Shown: piece by piece, positions 30,403 through 40,128 of the stretch
How the letters are laid out: each line of letters opens with the position of its first letter
How positions within the stretch are numbered: position 1 is the first letter of the stretch
NCBI GenBank assembly: GCA_964650315.1
Contig: CAZYQE010000004.1
Coordinates: 14,816-78,815, forward strand
Direction of reading: 5' to 3'
DNA from: an uncultured Muribaculaceae bacterium
GTDB lineage: Bacteria > Bacillota_I > Bacilli_A > RF39 > UBA660
DNA length: 64,000 nt
Translations under genes and position numbers: made by a program
The notes under the pieces: generated by a model
Told to the model about the DNA's origin: nothing
The model's input: the letters and a program-made list of their open reading frames with translations, nothing else
Databases searched by the model: none

Positions 30403-32337
30403 ATGAATGAGGAAAAAGTAGAAGAAAAGTATGATTCATCGGCAATTCAAGTATTAGAAGGATTAGAAGCAGTTAGAAAAAGACCTGGTATGTATATTGG
30501 TACTACTGATGTTAAGGGTCTTCATCATTTAGTATGGGAAATTGTTGATAATGCTATTGATGAATCTTTAGCTGGTTTTTGTAATAATATAGAAATTATT
30601 ATAAATGAAGATAATAGTATTACAGTTAAAGATGATGGTCGTGGAATACCTGTTGAAAAACATAAGAAAACTGGTATAAGTACAGTTGAAACTGTTTATA
30701 CAGTATTACATGCTGGTGGTAAATTTGGTGGAGGAGGATATAAAGTATCTGGTGGACTTCACGGTGTTGGTGCTAGTGTTGTTAATGCTTTAAGTAAATG
30801 GGTAGAAGTTAAAGTATATAAGGATTCTAAAATATATTATATTAAATTTGAAAATGGTGGACACACTGTTGAACCATTAAAAGTAGTAGGGGAATGTGAA
30901 CCTAGTAGAACAGGAACTTATGTTACTTTTAAACCAGATCCAGATATATTTGATACTGATGTTTATGATTATAATACTTTAATGGTAAGAGTTAGAGAAT
31001 TAGCTTTCTTAAATAAAGGATTAAGATTAACATTAAGAGATGATAGAGATTTAGATGAATCTACTGGAGAAACTTTCTTATATGAAGGTGGTATTTCTGA
31101 GTATGTTAAATTTATTAATCAAGAAAAAACACCTATACATGAAGATATTATTCATTTAGAAGGTGAAGAAAATAATGTAATGTTTGAAGTTGCTATGCAA
31201 TATAACACTGGATATAATGAAAATATTTATTCATTTGTTAATAATATTAATACTCATGATGGTGGAACTCATGAAGAAGGTGTTAAAAGAGCTTTAACAA
31301 GAGTTATAAATAGTTATGCTAAAAAGAATAATATATTAAAAGATAAAGATGAGTCTTTAACAGGTGATGATGTTAAAGAAGGATTAACTATGATAATTTC
31401 TTGTAAACATCCTAACCCTCAATTTGAAGGACAAACTAAGGGAAGATTAGGAAATTCAGAAGTTAGAAAACTTGCAGATAGTATATTTTCTAAAGGTTTT
31501 GAAAAATTCTTATTAGAAAATCCTAGTGAAGCAAAAGTAATTATAGAAAAAGCTATTTTAGCTTCTCGTGCTAGACATGCTGCTAAAAAAGCTCGTGAAA
31601 TCACAAGAAAAAGTGATTTAGCAGTTTCTAATTTCTTTGGTAAGTTATCTGATTGTAAAAGTAAAGATCCTAAAGTATCTGAAATATTTATAGTCGAGGG
31701 AGATTCTGCTGGAGGTTCTGCTAAAAAAGGTAGAGATTCTATGACTCAAGCAATCTTACCTTTACGTGGAAAAATATTAAATGTAGAAAAGAATAGATTA
31801 GATAGAGCTTTAGGTAATGAAGAAATAAGAACTATAATAACTGCATTTGGTACTGGTATTGGTGATGAGTTTGATATTAATAAATTAAGATATGACAAAA
31901 TAGTAATCATGACCGATGCTGATGTAGATGGATCACATATTAGAGTTTTATTACTTACTTTATTCTATAGATTCTTTAGACCTATAGTTGAACAAGGACA
32001 TGTTTATGCTGCACAACCACCATTATATAGAATAATGCATGGTAAAAGTAGAAAATATGTGTTAAATGATGATGAATTAGAAGAATATTTAAATTCATTA
32101 CCAGAAAATGTTAGAGATCGTGCTGAAATTGCTCGTATGAAAGGTTTAGGAGAAATGGATGCTGAAGAATTAAATGAAACAACTATGGATATAGAACAAA
32201 GAACTCTAAGAAAAATAACTGTGGACGATTGTGTTGCAGCTGATTCAATATTCCAAAAACTTATGGGTGAAGAAGTTGAACCTAGAAGAAAGTTTATTGA
32301 AGAGAATGCTCAATACGTTGAGAATCTAGACATATAG
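30403..32337 (+). CDS. gyrB: DNA gyrase subunit B
   Basis: GHKL ATPase motifs (VDNAIDE, GLHGVG), a Toprim domain with EGDSAGG, and the [10 protein letters not shown] motif; 644 aa. Confidence 0.95.
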   Translation: MNEEKVEEKYDSSAIQVLEGLEAVRKRPGMYIGTTDVKGLHHLVWEIVDNAIDESLAGFCNNIEIIINEDNSITVKDDGRGIPVEKHKKTGISTVETVYTVLHAGGKFGGGGYKVSGGLHGVGASVVNALSKWVEVKVYKDSKIYYIKFENGGHTVEPLKVVGECEPSRTGTYVTFKPDPDIFDTDVYDYNTLMVRVRELAFLNKGLRLTLRDDRDLDESTGETFLYEGGISEYVKFINQEKTPIHEDIIHLEGEENNVMFEVAMQYNTGYNENIYSFVNNINTHDGGTHEEGVKRALTRVINSYAKKNNILKDKDESLTGDDVKEGLTMIISCKHPNPQFEGQTKGRLGNSEVRKLADSIFSKGFEKFLLENPSEAKVIIEKAILASRARHAAKKAREITRKSDLAVSNFFGKLSDCKSKDPKVSEIFIVEGDSAGGSAKKGRDSMTQAILPLRGKILNVEKNRLDRALGNEEIRTIITAFGTGIGDEFDINKLRYDKIVIMTDADVDGSHIRVLLLTLFYRFFRPIVEQGHVYAAQPPLYRIMHGKSRKYVLNDDELEEYLNSLPENVRDRAEIARMKGLGEMDAEELNETTMDIEQRTLRKITVDDCVAADSIFQKLMGEEVEPRRKFIEENAQYVENLDI

Positions 32338-32347
32338 GAGGTAAGGT

Positions 32348-34843
32348 ATGGAAAATAATGATAAGAAAACTGAAGAATATGGCTTAGCTTTCCATGAAAG
32401 AGATAATTTAGCTGAAAATAATATTGTTAAAGAAGTAAAAGATTCATTCTTAGAATATGCTGTTAGTGTTATTACATCTCGTGCTTTACCTGACTTAAGA
32501 GATGGATTGAAACCTGTGCATAGACGTATTTTATGGAGTATGTATAAATCAGGTTATACCCCAGATAAACCACATAGAAAAAGTGCTAAAACAGTTGGAG
32601 AAGTTATGGGTAATTATCACCCACATGGTGATTCTTCAATTTATGAAGCAATGGTTAGAATGGCACAAGATTTTAATCAAAGATATTTATTAATTGATGG
32701 ACATGGTAACTTTGGTAATATCGAAGGTGATGGAGCAGCAGCAATGCGTTATACAGAATCACGTCTTTCAAGAATGTCACTTGAGTTATTAAGAGATATT
32801 GGTAAAGATACTGTAGAAATGGGTAAAAACTTTGATGAATCTTTAGATGAACCAGTAGTTTTACCTAGTAGATTTCCTAATATATTAGTAAATGGTACTA
32901 TGGGAATTGCTGTTGGTATGGCAACAAATATTCCTCCACATAATTTAGGAGAAGTAATAGATGGTTGTATTGCTTATATTGATAATCCTGAAATTGATAC
33001 TTTAGGATTAATGCAATATGTTAAAGGACCAGATTTTCCTACAGGTGGAATAATTTTAGGAAATAGTGGAATAAAGAATGCTTATGAAACTGGTAAAGGT
33101 AGTATTACTATTAGAAGTAAGGCTCAAATAGAAGAAGTTGGAAATCATAGTAATATTGTTATTACAGAAGTTCCATATGGTGTTAATACATTAGATTTAA
33201 AAAATAAAGTTGCAGAATTAGTACATAATAAAGTAATTGATGGAATATCTGATTATCATACTGATTTAAAAGATGGTGTTAAAATTACTATTACTTTAAA
33301 ACAATCTGCAAATCCTCAAGTTGTTTTAAATAATTTATATAAACATACTAATTTTCAAATTAGTTATGGTATAAATTTAATGATGATTGATGATAAAACT
33401 CCTAAAATATTAGGATTAAAAGATATTATATCTAAATATATTGATTATCAAAAAGAAGTAATTATTAGAAGAACTAAGTTTGATTTAAATAAAACTGAGA
33501 AACGTGTTCATATATTAGAAGGTTATAAAATAACTTTAAATAATTTAGATGAAGTAATTAAAATTATTAGAGGAGCTATGAGTGATGTAGAAGCAAAAGA
33601 AAAATTAATTGCTAAATTTAGTTTCACTGAAATACAAGCTGATAGTATATTAGAATTAAAATTACGTAGATTAACTGGATTAGAGAGATCTAAAATTGAA
33701 TCAGAATTAGAAGATTTATTAAAATTAATTGAAGAATTAAAAGGAATCTTAGCTGATGAACAAAAAGTTTTAGATATAATCAAAAAGGAATTAACTGAAA
33801 TTAAAAATAAATATGGTGATGACAGAAGAACAACTATTGATATGACTGCTATTGACTATATTGAAGATGAGTCTTTAATACCTGTGGAAGATATTATTGT
33901 AACTTTAACTAATAAAGGATATATTAAGAGATTAAAATCTGATACTTATAGAACTCAAAATAGAGGAGGAGTAGGTATTAAAGGTATGACTACTAATGAA
34001 GAAGACTTTGTAGAGCATTTAATTTCTATGAAGACTCATGACTATATATTATTCTTCTCTAACAGAGGTAGAGTATATAGAATGAAAGGTTATGAGATAC
34101 CTGAATTTAGTAGACAATCTAAAGGTTTACCAATAATTAATTTATTACCATTAGAGAAAGATGAGAACATTAGTTCGATAATTAAAATAGATGCGGAAGA
34201 AGAAATTTATAAATATTTAGTATTTGTAACTAGAAAAGGTTTAATTAAACGTACTGATCTAGAACAATTTGATAGTATCCGTAAGAGTGGTAAGATTGCA
34301 ATTGGATTAAAAGAAGAAGATGAGTTAGTTACTGTTAAGATAACTACTGGTGAAGAAGAAATTGCAATCGGTGCTAATAATGGTAGAATGGTTAGATTTA
34401 ATGAATCTGAAGTAAGAGTTATGGGTAGAAGTGCTTCTGGTGTTAAAGGAATTGATTTAAATTCTGGGGATAAAGTTATTGGAGCAGAAGTGGTAAAAGA
34501 TGGAAATTTAATATTAATAGTAACTGAAAAAGGTTATGGAAAACAAACTCTAGTTGATGAATATAGATTAACTCATAGAGGAAGTAAAGGTGTTAAGGCA
34601 CTTAATATTACAGATAAGAATGGAATTATGGCTGGACTTAAGTGTGTTGATGACAAAGAATTATATGATGTAATGATTATTACTAATAGTGGAATAATCA
34701 TCAAAATGCCTTTAGAACAAATTTCTACTTTAAAACGTGCTACTCAAGGTGTAAGATTAATTAATCTTAAAGATAATCAATTAGTTTCTACTATAGCATT
34801 AGTATTAAAAGAAACTGAAGAAGATAATTCTGAAGAAGAATAA
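32348..34843 (+). CDS. gyrA: DNA gyrase subunit A
   Basis: Active-site region AAMRYTE (the catalytic Tyr), a QRDR-like HPHGDSSIYE segment, C-terminal beta-pinwheel repeats and an acidic tail; 831 aa. Confidence 0.95.
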   Translation: MENNDKKTEEYGLAFHERDNLAENNIVKEVKDSFLEYAVSVITSRALPDLRDGLKPVHRRILWSMYKSGYTPDKPHRKSAKTVGEVMGNYHPHGDSSIYEAMVRMAQDFNQRYLLIDGHGNFGNIEGDGAAAMRYTESRLSRMSLELLRDIGKDTVEMGKNFDESLDEPVVLPSRFPNILVNGTMGIAVGMATNIPPHNLGEVIDGCIAYIDNPEIDTLGLMQYVKGPDFPTGGIILGNSGIKNAYETGKGSITIRSKAQIEEVGNHSNIVITEVPYGVNTLDLKNKVAELVHNKVIDGISDYHTDLKDGVKITITLKQSANPQVVLNNLYKHTNFQISYGINLMMIDDKTPKILGLKDIISKYIDYQKEVIIRRTKFDLNKTEKRVHILEGYKITLNNLDEVIKIIRGAMSDVEAKEKLIAKFSFTEIQADSILELKLRRLTGLERSKIESELEDLLKLIEELKGILADEQKVLDIIKKELTEIKNKYGDDRRTTIDMTAIDYIEDESLIPVEDIIVTLTNKGYIKRLKSDTYRTQNRGGVGIKGMTTNEEDFVEHLISMKTHDYILFFSNRGRVYRMKGYEIPEFSRQSKGLPIINLLPLEKDENISSIIKIDAEEEIYKYLVFVTRKGLIKRTDLEQFDSIRKSGKIAIGLKEEDELVTVKITTGEEEIAIGANNGRMVRFNESEVRVMGRSASGVKGIDLNSGDKVIGAEVVKDGNLILIVTEKGYGKQTLVDEYRLTHRGSKGVKALNITDKNGIMAGLKCVDDKELYDVMIITNSGIIIKMPLEQISTLKRATQGVRLINLKDNQLVSTIALVLKETEEDNSEEE

Positions 34844-34856
34844 TCTTCTTTTTTTT
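34832..34856 (+). terminator. Rho-independent terminator at the gyrA 3' end
   Basis: Hairpin AAGAAG-AATAAT-CTTCTT followed by a T6 run; overlaps the gyrA stop codon. Confidence 0.5.
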
Positions 34857-34874
34857 ATGTTCCACGTGAAACAT
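34857..34874. promoter_or_regulatory. parS site 1 (ATGTTCCACGTGAAACAT)
   Basis: Contains the 16-bp core TGTTCCACGTGAAACA, identical to the B. subtilis parS consensus. Confidence 0.7.
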
Positions 34875-34962
34875 AGATAGAAAAGTATAAAAAATATTTC
34901 CCAGGAAATAAAAATAGAATATTACCTGGAAAATAAATATTAAACAATAGAAATAATGAGTA

Positions 34963-34980
34963 ATGTTTCACGTGAAACAT
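34963..34980. promoter_or_regulatory. parS site 2 (ATGTTTCACGTGAAACAT, perfect palindrome)
   Basis: Core TGTTTCACGTGAAACA is the perfectly symmetric version of the parS consensus. Confidence 0.7.
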
Positions 34981-35002
34981 AGTATTTTGATTAATATTTT
35001 AA

Positions 35003-35020
35003 ATGTTCCACGTGAAACAT
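35003..35020. promoter_or_regulatory. parS site 3 (ATGTTCCACGTGAAACAT)
   Basis: Exact repeat of site 1. Confidence 0.7.
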
Positions 35021-35063
35021 ATTAAAAGTATTTACAAATACAAATAAATATAATAGAATATAT

Positions 35064-35146
35064 ACGTGCAATAAAAGTGATGGAACCAGGTCAGAATCGG
35101 AAGATAGCAGCCTTAACATTTAACTTTTATGTGCACGTTTTTTTTG
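35064..35146 (+). ncRNA. ffs: Small (4.5S-type) signal recognition particle RNA
   Basis: Contains the SRP domain IV signature CCAGGUCAGAAUCGGAAGAUAGCAGCC (GGAA tetraloop, conserved AGCA and GGUCAG loops; compare E. coli CCAGGUCAGGUCCGGAAGGAAGCAGCC). A closing helix ACGUGCA...UGCACGU (7 bp) plus AUAAAAGU/ACUUUUAU is followed by a U8 run. This region is locally GC-richer than its flanks. Confidence 0.7.
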
Positions 35147-35157
35147 GAGTTGATAAT

Positions 35158-35607
35158 ATGAATTTAAAATATATGGATATTGCTATTAAAGAAGCAGAGA
35201 AAGCTTTAAAAAATGATGAAGTTCCTGTGGGTTGTGTAATAGTAAAAGATGATCAAATAATAGCAAAAGCTTATAATCAAAAAGAAAAATATAATTTAGT
35301 TACTAAACATGCTGAATTAATTGCTATAGAAAAGGCTTCAAAAAAAATAAATAACTGGAGGTTAAATGGTTGTGATATATATATTACATTAGAACCGTGT
35401 CCTATGTGTGCTAGTGCTATAAAACAATCTAGAATTAATAATATTTATTGTGGATTATCTAATTTAGATACTGAAAATATTAAAATAGTTAATAAAATAT
35501 TAGAAAAAGATAAAAATAATAAATCTGTTAAAATATATAATAATTTAACTGTGGATAAAATAAAATTAATAATGAATAATTTCTTTGAAAAACAAAGAAA
35601 AAAGTGA
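35158..35607 (+). CDS. tadA: tRNA adenosine(34) deaminase TadA
   Basis: CDA zinc motifs HAELIAIE and PCPMCASAI; 149 aa from the ATG at 35158 (GGAG sits 8 nt upstream). The ORF-track start at 35077 reads through the SRP RNA. Confidence 0.85.
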   Translation: MNLKYMDIAIKEAEKALKNDEVPVGCVIVKDDQIIAKAYNQKEKYNLVTKHAELIAIEKASKKINNWRLNGCDIYITLEPCPMCASAIKQSRINNIYCGLSNLDTENIKIVNKILEKDKNNKSVKIYNNLTVDKIKLIMNNFFEKQRKK

Positions 35608-35656
35608 AAAGAAATCTTTTAAATATGGTATAATATAAGAAGAGGAGGTTATGACA

Positions 35657-37318
35657 ATGTATCAAGCTTTATATAGAAAATATAGACCTCAAACTTTTGA
35701 TGATGTAGTAGGACAAGATGTAATCGTAAAAACTTTAAAAAATGCTATTAAAAATCATAAAAATGGACATGCTTATTTATTTTTTGGTCCAAGAGGTACA
35801 GGAAAAACTACAATTTCTAAGATATTTGCTAGAGCAGTTAATTGTACTGATTCTAAAGATGGTAATCCTTGTGGAAAGTGCGATAATTGTAAGAAATCTA
35901 TTGAAAAAGAATGTGTTGATATAATTGAAATGGATGCTGCTTCTAATAATGGAGTAGAGGAAATAAGAGAATTACGTAATAAAATTTCTTTAGTACCAGC
36001 AGAATTAACTTATAAAGTATATATAATAGATGAAGTGCATATGTTATCAACTGGAGCTTTTAATGCATTATTAAAAACTTTAGAAGAACCTCCAGAACAT
36101 GCAATATTTATACTTGCTACAACAAACCAACAAAAAATACCAGAAACTATTATATCTAGATGTCAGTGTTTCTCATTTAAAAGAATATCTAATGATGAAA
36201 TAGTGAGTAATCTTAAGAAAATATGTAAATCTGAAAAGATTAAAGTAGAAAATGAAGTTTTAGAAGAAATAGCTTTATCATCTGATGGTGGTATGAGAGA
36301 TTCTATTGGTAGTTTAGATAAGTTATCTTCTTATAATTCAGATAAGATCACATACGATGATTATATAGAAATAAATGAATTATTAATAAAAAGTGAATTA
36401 AAAGATTTCTGTGATTCTATATATAGTTCTGATATAAAGAAAGTATTAGAAATTATAAATAATATTAATAATAGTGGAAAAAATTTAATTCAAGTATTAT
36501 CTCAAATTATGTATTATTTAAGAGATAATATAGTAAATTACTATTTAGATAAGAAAAATAGTGATTTAGATGATGATAAAAAGATATGTTATGAAAAGCT
36601 AGTTAATATAATTAACGAAAAAATGTTCGATATAAAAAACAGTAGTAATCCAAAAGTGTACATTGAGGTGTTATTACTTAAATTTATAGAAGAAAATAGT
36701 GATAAAATTATTTCCCAGGAAATAAAATTAGACGAAAAAAAAATTATTTCCCAAGAAAAAGAGCAAAAAACTACAAAAAAAGAAGAAAAACCAGTTAAAA
36801 AAGAAAAAAAGATAGAAAAACCAAAGAAAATAATCAAAGGTACTAAAATATTAAATATTAAAGATATTATGGATGTTAGAGTCAATAATACTTTAGCAAC
36901 TGCTAATAAAAAGATATTAAATGAAGAAAAAGAAAAGTTAAATAAGTTAAATGATTATACATTTGATCAAAAAATAGGTTATTTAGTATGTGAAATACTT
37001 AATTCTAAGTTTAGAGTAGTTTCTGATGAAAGTATTGTTATGAGTTATGAATATGATTCAATTGTGGATCAAAACTTAGAAAATATTGAAAATATGGAAA
37101 AAATTTACAATAAAATAACTAAATCTGATAAGAATTTTGCCATTATAAGTGATAAAGAGTGGGATAATTATAAAAATAATTATATAAAAATGTTAAAAGA
37201 TGGTAAAAAAATGGAAATTAAAGAAGAACCTGAGAAGGTCTTTGATAAAGAAGAAAGTGATGATATAATATCAAGTGATACGATTGATCTATTTGGTGAT
37301 ATTGTGGAAGTTGAATAG
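35657..37318 (+). CDS. dnaX: DNA polymerase III subunits gamma/tau
   Basis: AAA+ Walker A motif GPRGTGKTT, a CxxC zinc module and the SRC motif (TIISRCQCF). The C-terminal half contains a lysine-rich linker with an internal tandem duplication. Confidence 0.9.
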   Translation: MYQALYRKYRPQTFDDVVGQDVIVKTLKNAIKNHKNGHAYLFFGPRGTGKTTISKIFARAVNCTDSKDGNPCGKCDNCKKSIEKECVDIIEMDAASNNGVEEIRELRNKISLVPAELTYKVYIIDEVHMLSTGAFNALLKTLEEPPEHAIFILATTNQQKIPETIISRCQCFSFKRISNDEIVSNLKKICKSEKIKVENEVLEEIALSSDGGMRDSIGSLDKLSSYNSDKITYDDYIEINELLIKSELKDFCDSIYSSDIKKVLEIINNINNSGKNLIQVLSQIMYYLRDNIVNYYLDKKNSDLDDDKKICYEKLVNIINEKMFDIKNSSNPKVYIEVLLLKFIEENSDKIISQEIKLDEKKIISQEKEQKTTKKEEKPVKKEKKIEKPKKIIKGTKILNIKDIMDVRVNNTLATANKKILNEEKEKLNKLNDYTFDQKIGYLVCEILNSKFRVVSDESIVMSYEYDSIVDQNLENIENMEKIYNKITKSDKNFAIISDKEWDNYKNNYIKMLKDGKKMEIKEEPEKVFDKEESDDIISSDTIDLFGDIVEVE

Positions 37319-37329
37319 GAGGGAAAATT

Positions 37330-37629
37330 ATGAATATTCAAGCAATGATGAAACAAGCACAAGCTATACAAAAAGATATGACTAAAGCTCAAGATGAAAT
37401 CAGTAAAACTGAATTTACTGGAGAAAGTTCATTAGTAAAAGTAACTATTAAAGGAACAAAAGAAGTTACTAAGGTAGAAATTAATAAAGATAATGATTTA
37501 GATAAAGATGATATTGAAATGTTAGAAGATATGATCTTAGTTGCTGTTAATGAAGCTAATAAAAAAGTAGATGAAATGACAGAAGAAAAATTAGGTAAGT
37601 ATAGTAATATGATGCCTGGAATGTTTTAG
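37330..37629 (+). CDS. ybaB: Nucleoid-associated protein YbaB/EbfC
   Basis: 99 aa with the N-terminus MNIQAMMKQAQAIQKDM typical of the YbaB family. Synteny is dnaX-ybaB-recR. Confidence 0.85.
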   Translation: MNIQAMMKQAQAIQKDMTKAQDEISKTEFTGESSLVKVTIKGTKEVTKVEINKDNDLDKDDIEMLEDMILVAVNEANKKVDEMTEEKLGKYSNMMPGMF

Positions 37630-37637
37630 GTAGAAGT

Positions 37638-38234
37638 ATGTATCCAGAGAGTATTAAGAATTTAATAGAATCTTTTAAAACTTTACCTGGTATAGGAGAA
37701 AAAACAGCTGAGAGATTAGCTTTTTCTATATTAGAATTAGAAGAAGATCAAATAAAACTGTTTTCTGAAAGTTTATTAAGTGTTAAAGAAAAAATAAAAC
37801 ATTGTAAGAAATGTAATACTTTAACTGAAGATGATTTATGTTTTATATGTTCTGATAATAGTAGAAGTAATGATTTATTATGTGTGGTAGAAGATACTAA
37901 AAATGTATTCTTATTTGAAAAGATGGGAGTTTTTAGTGGAAAATATCATGTGCTAGATGGATTAATATCTCCTCTTGATGGGATTAATCCAGAAGATATA
38001 GGACTTAATAAATTAATTGATAGAATCAAAGAAGAAAAGTTTAAAGAAATAATTTTTGCATTTAAACCTAGTATAGAAGGAGAAACTACTGCATTATATA
38101 TTAAAAAAATCCTAGATGGAATGGGTATTAAAGTAACTAGACTTGCTAGTGGAGTACCAATAGGTGCTGATATGGAATATGTTGATAGTTTAACTTTAGA
38201 AAGAGCTTTAAATGATAGAAAAGAATTAGAATAA
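37638..38234 (+). CDS. recR: Recombination protein RecR
   Basis: HhH N-terminus, C4 zinc finger (CKKC...CFIC) and a Toprim domain; 198 aa. Confidence 0.9.
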   Translation: MYPESIKNLIESFKTLPGIGEKTAERLAFSILELEEDQIKLFSESLLSVKEKIKHCKKCNTLTEDDLCFICSDNSRSNDLLCVVEDTKNVFLFEKMGVFSGKYHVLDGLISPLDGINPEDIGLNKLIDRIKEEKFKEIIFAFKPSIEGETTALYIKKILDGMGIKVTRLASGVPIGADMEYVDSLTLERALNDRKELE

Positions 38235-38274
38235 AAATAAATAATCATCATACTATTCTATATAAGGAGAATAT

Positions 38275-38463
38275 ATGATGAAAAAATTAAAAATAATAGT
38301 AAGAAACGTAGTCTTAGCGGCATTTATATTATATGGATATAATTTAATAGCCGTTAATTTTAATATGATGGTACCAGTTAATTTTATAACTTTAGGAAGT
38401 GTTACCTTTTTAGGGGCACCAGCATTAATTGCACTAGTACTATTTAAAATATTAATATTATGA
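38275..38463 (+). CDS. bofA: BofA-family small membrane protein (pro-sigma-K processing inhibitor-like)
   Basis: 62 aa with two TM helices. The C-terminal segment MMVPVNFITLGSVTFLGAPALIALVLFKILI resembles the BofA C-terminus. Position after recR matches bofA in Bacillus. Confidence 0.5.
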   Translation: MMKKLKIIVRNVVLAAFILYGYNLIAVNFNMMVPVNFITLGSVTFLGAPALIALVLFKILIL

Positions 38464-38473
38464 GAGGTTTTAT

Positions 38474-39322
38474 ATGAAGTATACAAATAGTAAATATGAC
38501 AAATTTAATGATATTACAAACAATATAATTAACTTAAATAAGATTTCTCATGCATATTTAATTGAAGTTAATAATTATGAAGAAGATATTAAAATAGTAA
38601 AAGATTTCATAAAAAAAATATTATTTAATAAAAGTAATTTAGATAAATTATCTGAATCAGAAGAAAATAAAAGTAATTTAATAGATCAAGATAAATATAT
38701 TGATTTAACTATATTAGAATCAGATGGTGCTTGGATAAAAAAGAATCAATTACTTGAATTAAAAGATGAATATCAAAATAAATCTTTATTAGATAACAAA
38801 AAAATATATATTATAAAAGAAGCAGATAAGCTAAATCCTGCTTCTGCCAATACAATATTAAAATTTTTAGAGGAACCTGAAGAAGGAATAATTGCAATAT
38901 TACTTACTAATAATAGATATAAGATATTAGATACTATTATATCTAGATGTCAGGTATTATCTTTAAAGAGTAATGATATTAACATTGAAGTAGATGAAGA
39001 TACTATATATTTATTAGATAATATATTGAAAAAAGAAGATTTATTTATTAATTATAAATCTATATATGAAAAGATTAGTGATAAAGAACTTGCTAAAGAG
39101 AAATTTAATACAATAGAAGAAATACTAGTAAATTATTTAGATTATAAAGTTTTAGATAAAGATGCCTTTAATAGTGATATAATAAAATTGTTAGAAAAAA
39201 CAATCGATAAAGAAATTATTAAGATAATTTCAATAATAGAAGAGTATTTACCAAAATTAGTTTATAATGTTAATTATAAATTGTGGTTAGATGCAATATT
39301 TTCAGAATTAGTGGAGGTATAA
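38474..39322 (+). CDS. holB: DNA polymerase III subunit delta prime
   Basis: 282 aa with an AAA+-like fold lacking an intact Walker A, and an SRC-like motif ISRCQVL. Synteny is holB-ricT as in Bacillus. Confidence 0.75.
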   Translation: MKYTNSKYDKFNDITNNIINLNKISHAYLIEVNNYEEDIKIVKDFIKKILFNKSNLDKLSESEENKSNLIDQDKYIDLTILESDGAWIKKNQLLELKDEYQNKSLLDNKKIYIIKEADKLNPASANTILKFLEEPEEGIIAILLTNNRYKILDTIISRCQVLSLKSNDINIEVDEDTIYLLDNILKKEDLFINYKSIYEKISDKELAKEKFNTIEEILVNYLDYKVLDKDAFNSDIIKLLEKTIDKEIIKIISIIEEYLPKLVYNVNYKLWLDAIFSELVEV

Positions 39323-39324
39323 GT

Positions 39325-40128
39325 ATGTATGATGTAGTCGCAGTAAGTTTTGTAGAAACTAAAAATATTTATTATTTTTCTCCTAACCACTTAGATATAA
39401 AAAAAGGAGAAAAAGTAATTGTTGATACAGAAAATGGGTTACAATTTGGTATTGTTAAACAAGATATCAAAAAAGAAAAGAAGAAAAACTTAGTATTACC
39501 ATTAAAGAATGTTGTTAGGATCGCAACAGAAGAAGATTTAGAACAAGTAGAAGAAAACAAAAAAGAAGCAGCTCCTGCTTTAAAATATGCTAAGAAAACA
39601 GCTAAAAAATTAGATTTAAATATGAATTTTGTTGATGCGTATTATACTTTTGATAAAAGTCAGTTAGTATTATCTTTCTTAGCAGAATCAAGAGTTGATT
39701 TTAGAGAACTTGCTAAGAAATTAGCTGGTAAATATAAAACAAGAATTGAACTTAGACAAATTGGAGTTCGTGATAAATCTAAAAGAGTAGGTGGACTTGG
39801 ACCTTGTGGATTATTCTTATGTTGTAATTCATTCTTAACAGATTTTAATAGTGTATCTATAAATATGGCTAAAAATCAAATGCTTGCTTTAAATCCTACT
39901 AAAATAAATGGAATTTGTGGAAGATTATTATGTTGCTTAGGATATGAAGATGATATTTATACTGATTTAAAGAAAGATATGCCAAAAATGGGTATGATGG
40001 CTGATACTGAAATGGGTATGGGTAAAGTTGTTGATATTAATGTATTTAAAGGTACATATAAAGTAGATTTAAAAGAAAAGGGAATAGTAGAATTCTCTAA
40101 GGATAAGAAAAATGAAAAAACTAAATGA
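39325..40128 (+). CDS. ricT: PSP1-domain protein RicT (YaaT)
   Basis: N-terminus MYDVVAVSF...IYYF matches the YaaT family, with Cys-rich segments (CGLFLCC, CGRLLCC). Start trimmed to the ATG at 39325 (GGAGGT sits 6 nt upstream). Confidence 0.8.
   Translation: MYDVVAVSFVETKNIYYFSPNHLDIKKGEKVIVDTENGLQFGIVKQDIKKEKKKNLVLPLKNVVRIATEEDLEQVEENKKEAAPALKYAKKTAKKLDLNMNFVDAYYTFDKSQLVLSFLAESRVDFRELAKKLAGKYKTRIELRQIGVRDKSKRVGGLGPCGLFLCCNSFLTDFNSVSINMAKNQMLALNPTKINGICGRLLCCLGYEDDIYTDLKKDMPKMGMMADTEMGMGKVVDINVFKGTYKVDLKEKGIVEFSKDKKNEKTK

Noticed and set aside
34857-35020. CACGTG E-box palindromes read as binding sites for an unknown transcription factor or as REP-type repeats.
   Set aside because: The full 16-bp core equals the Firmicutes parS consensus exactly, so ParB binding is the parsimonious interpretation.
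35077-35157. N-terminal 27 codons of the track's tadA ORF (MMEPGQNRKIAALTFNF...).
   Set aside because: The sequence is the SRP RNA domain IV and its terminator; tadA starts at the ATG at 35158, which has its own GGAG.
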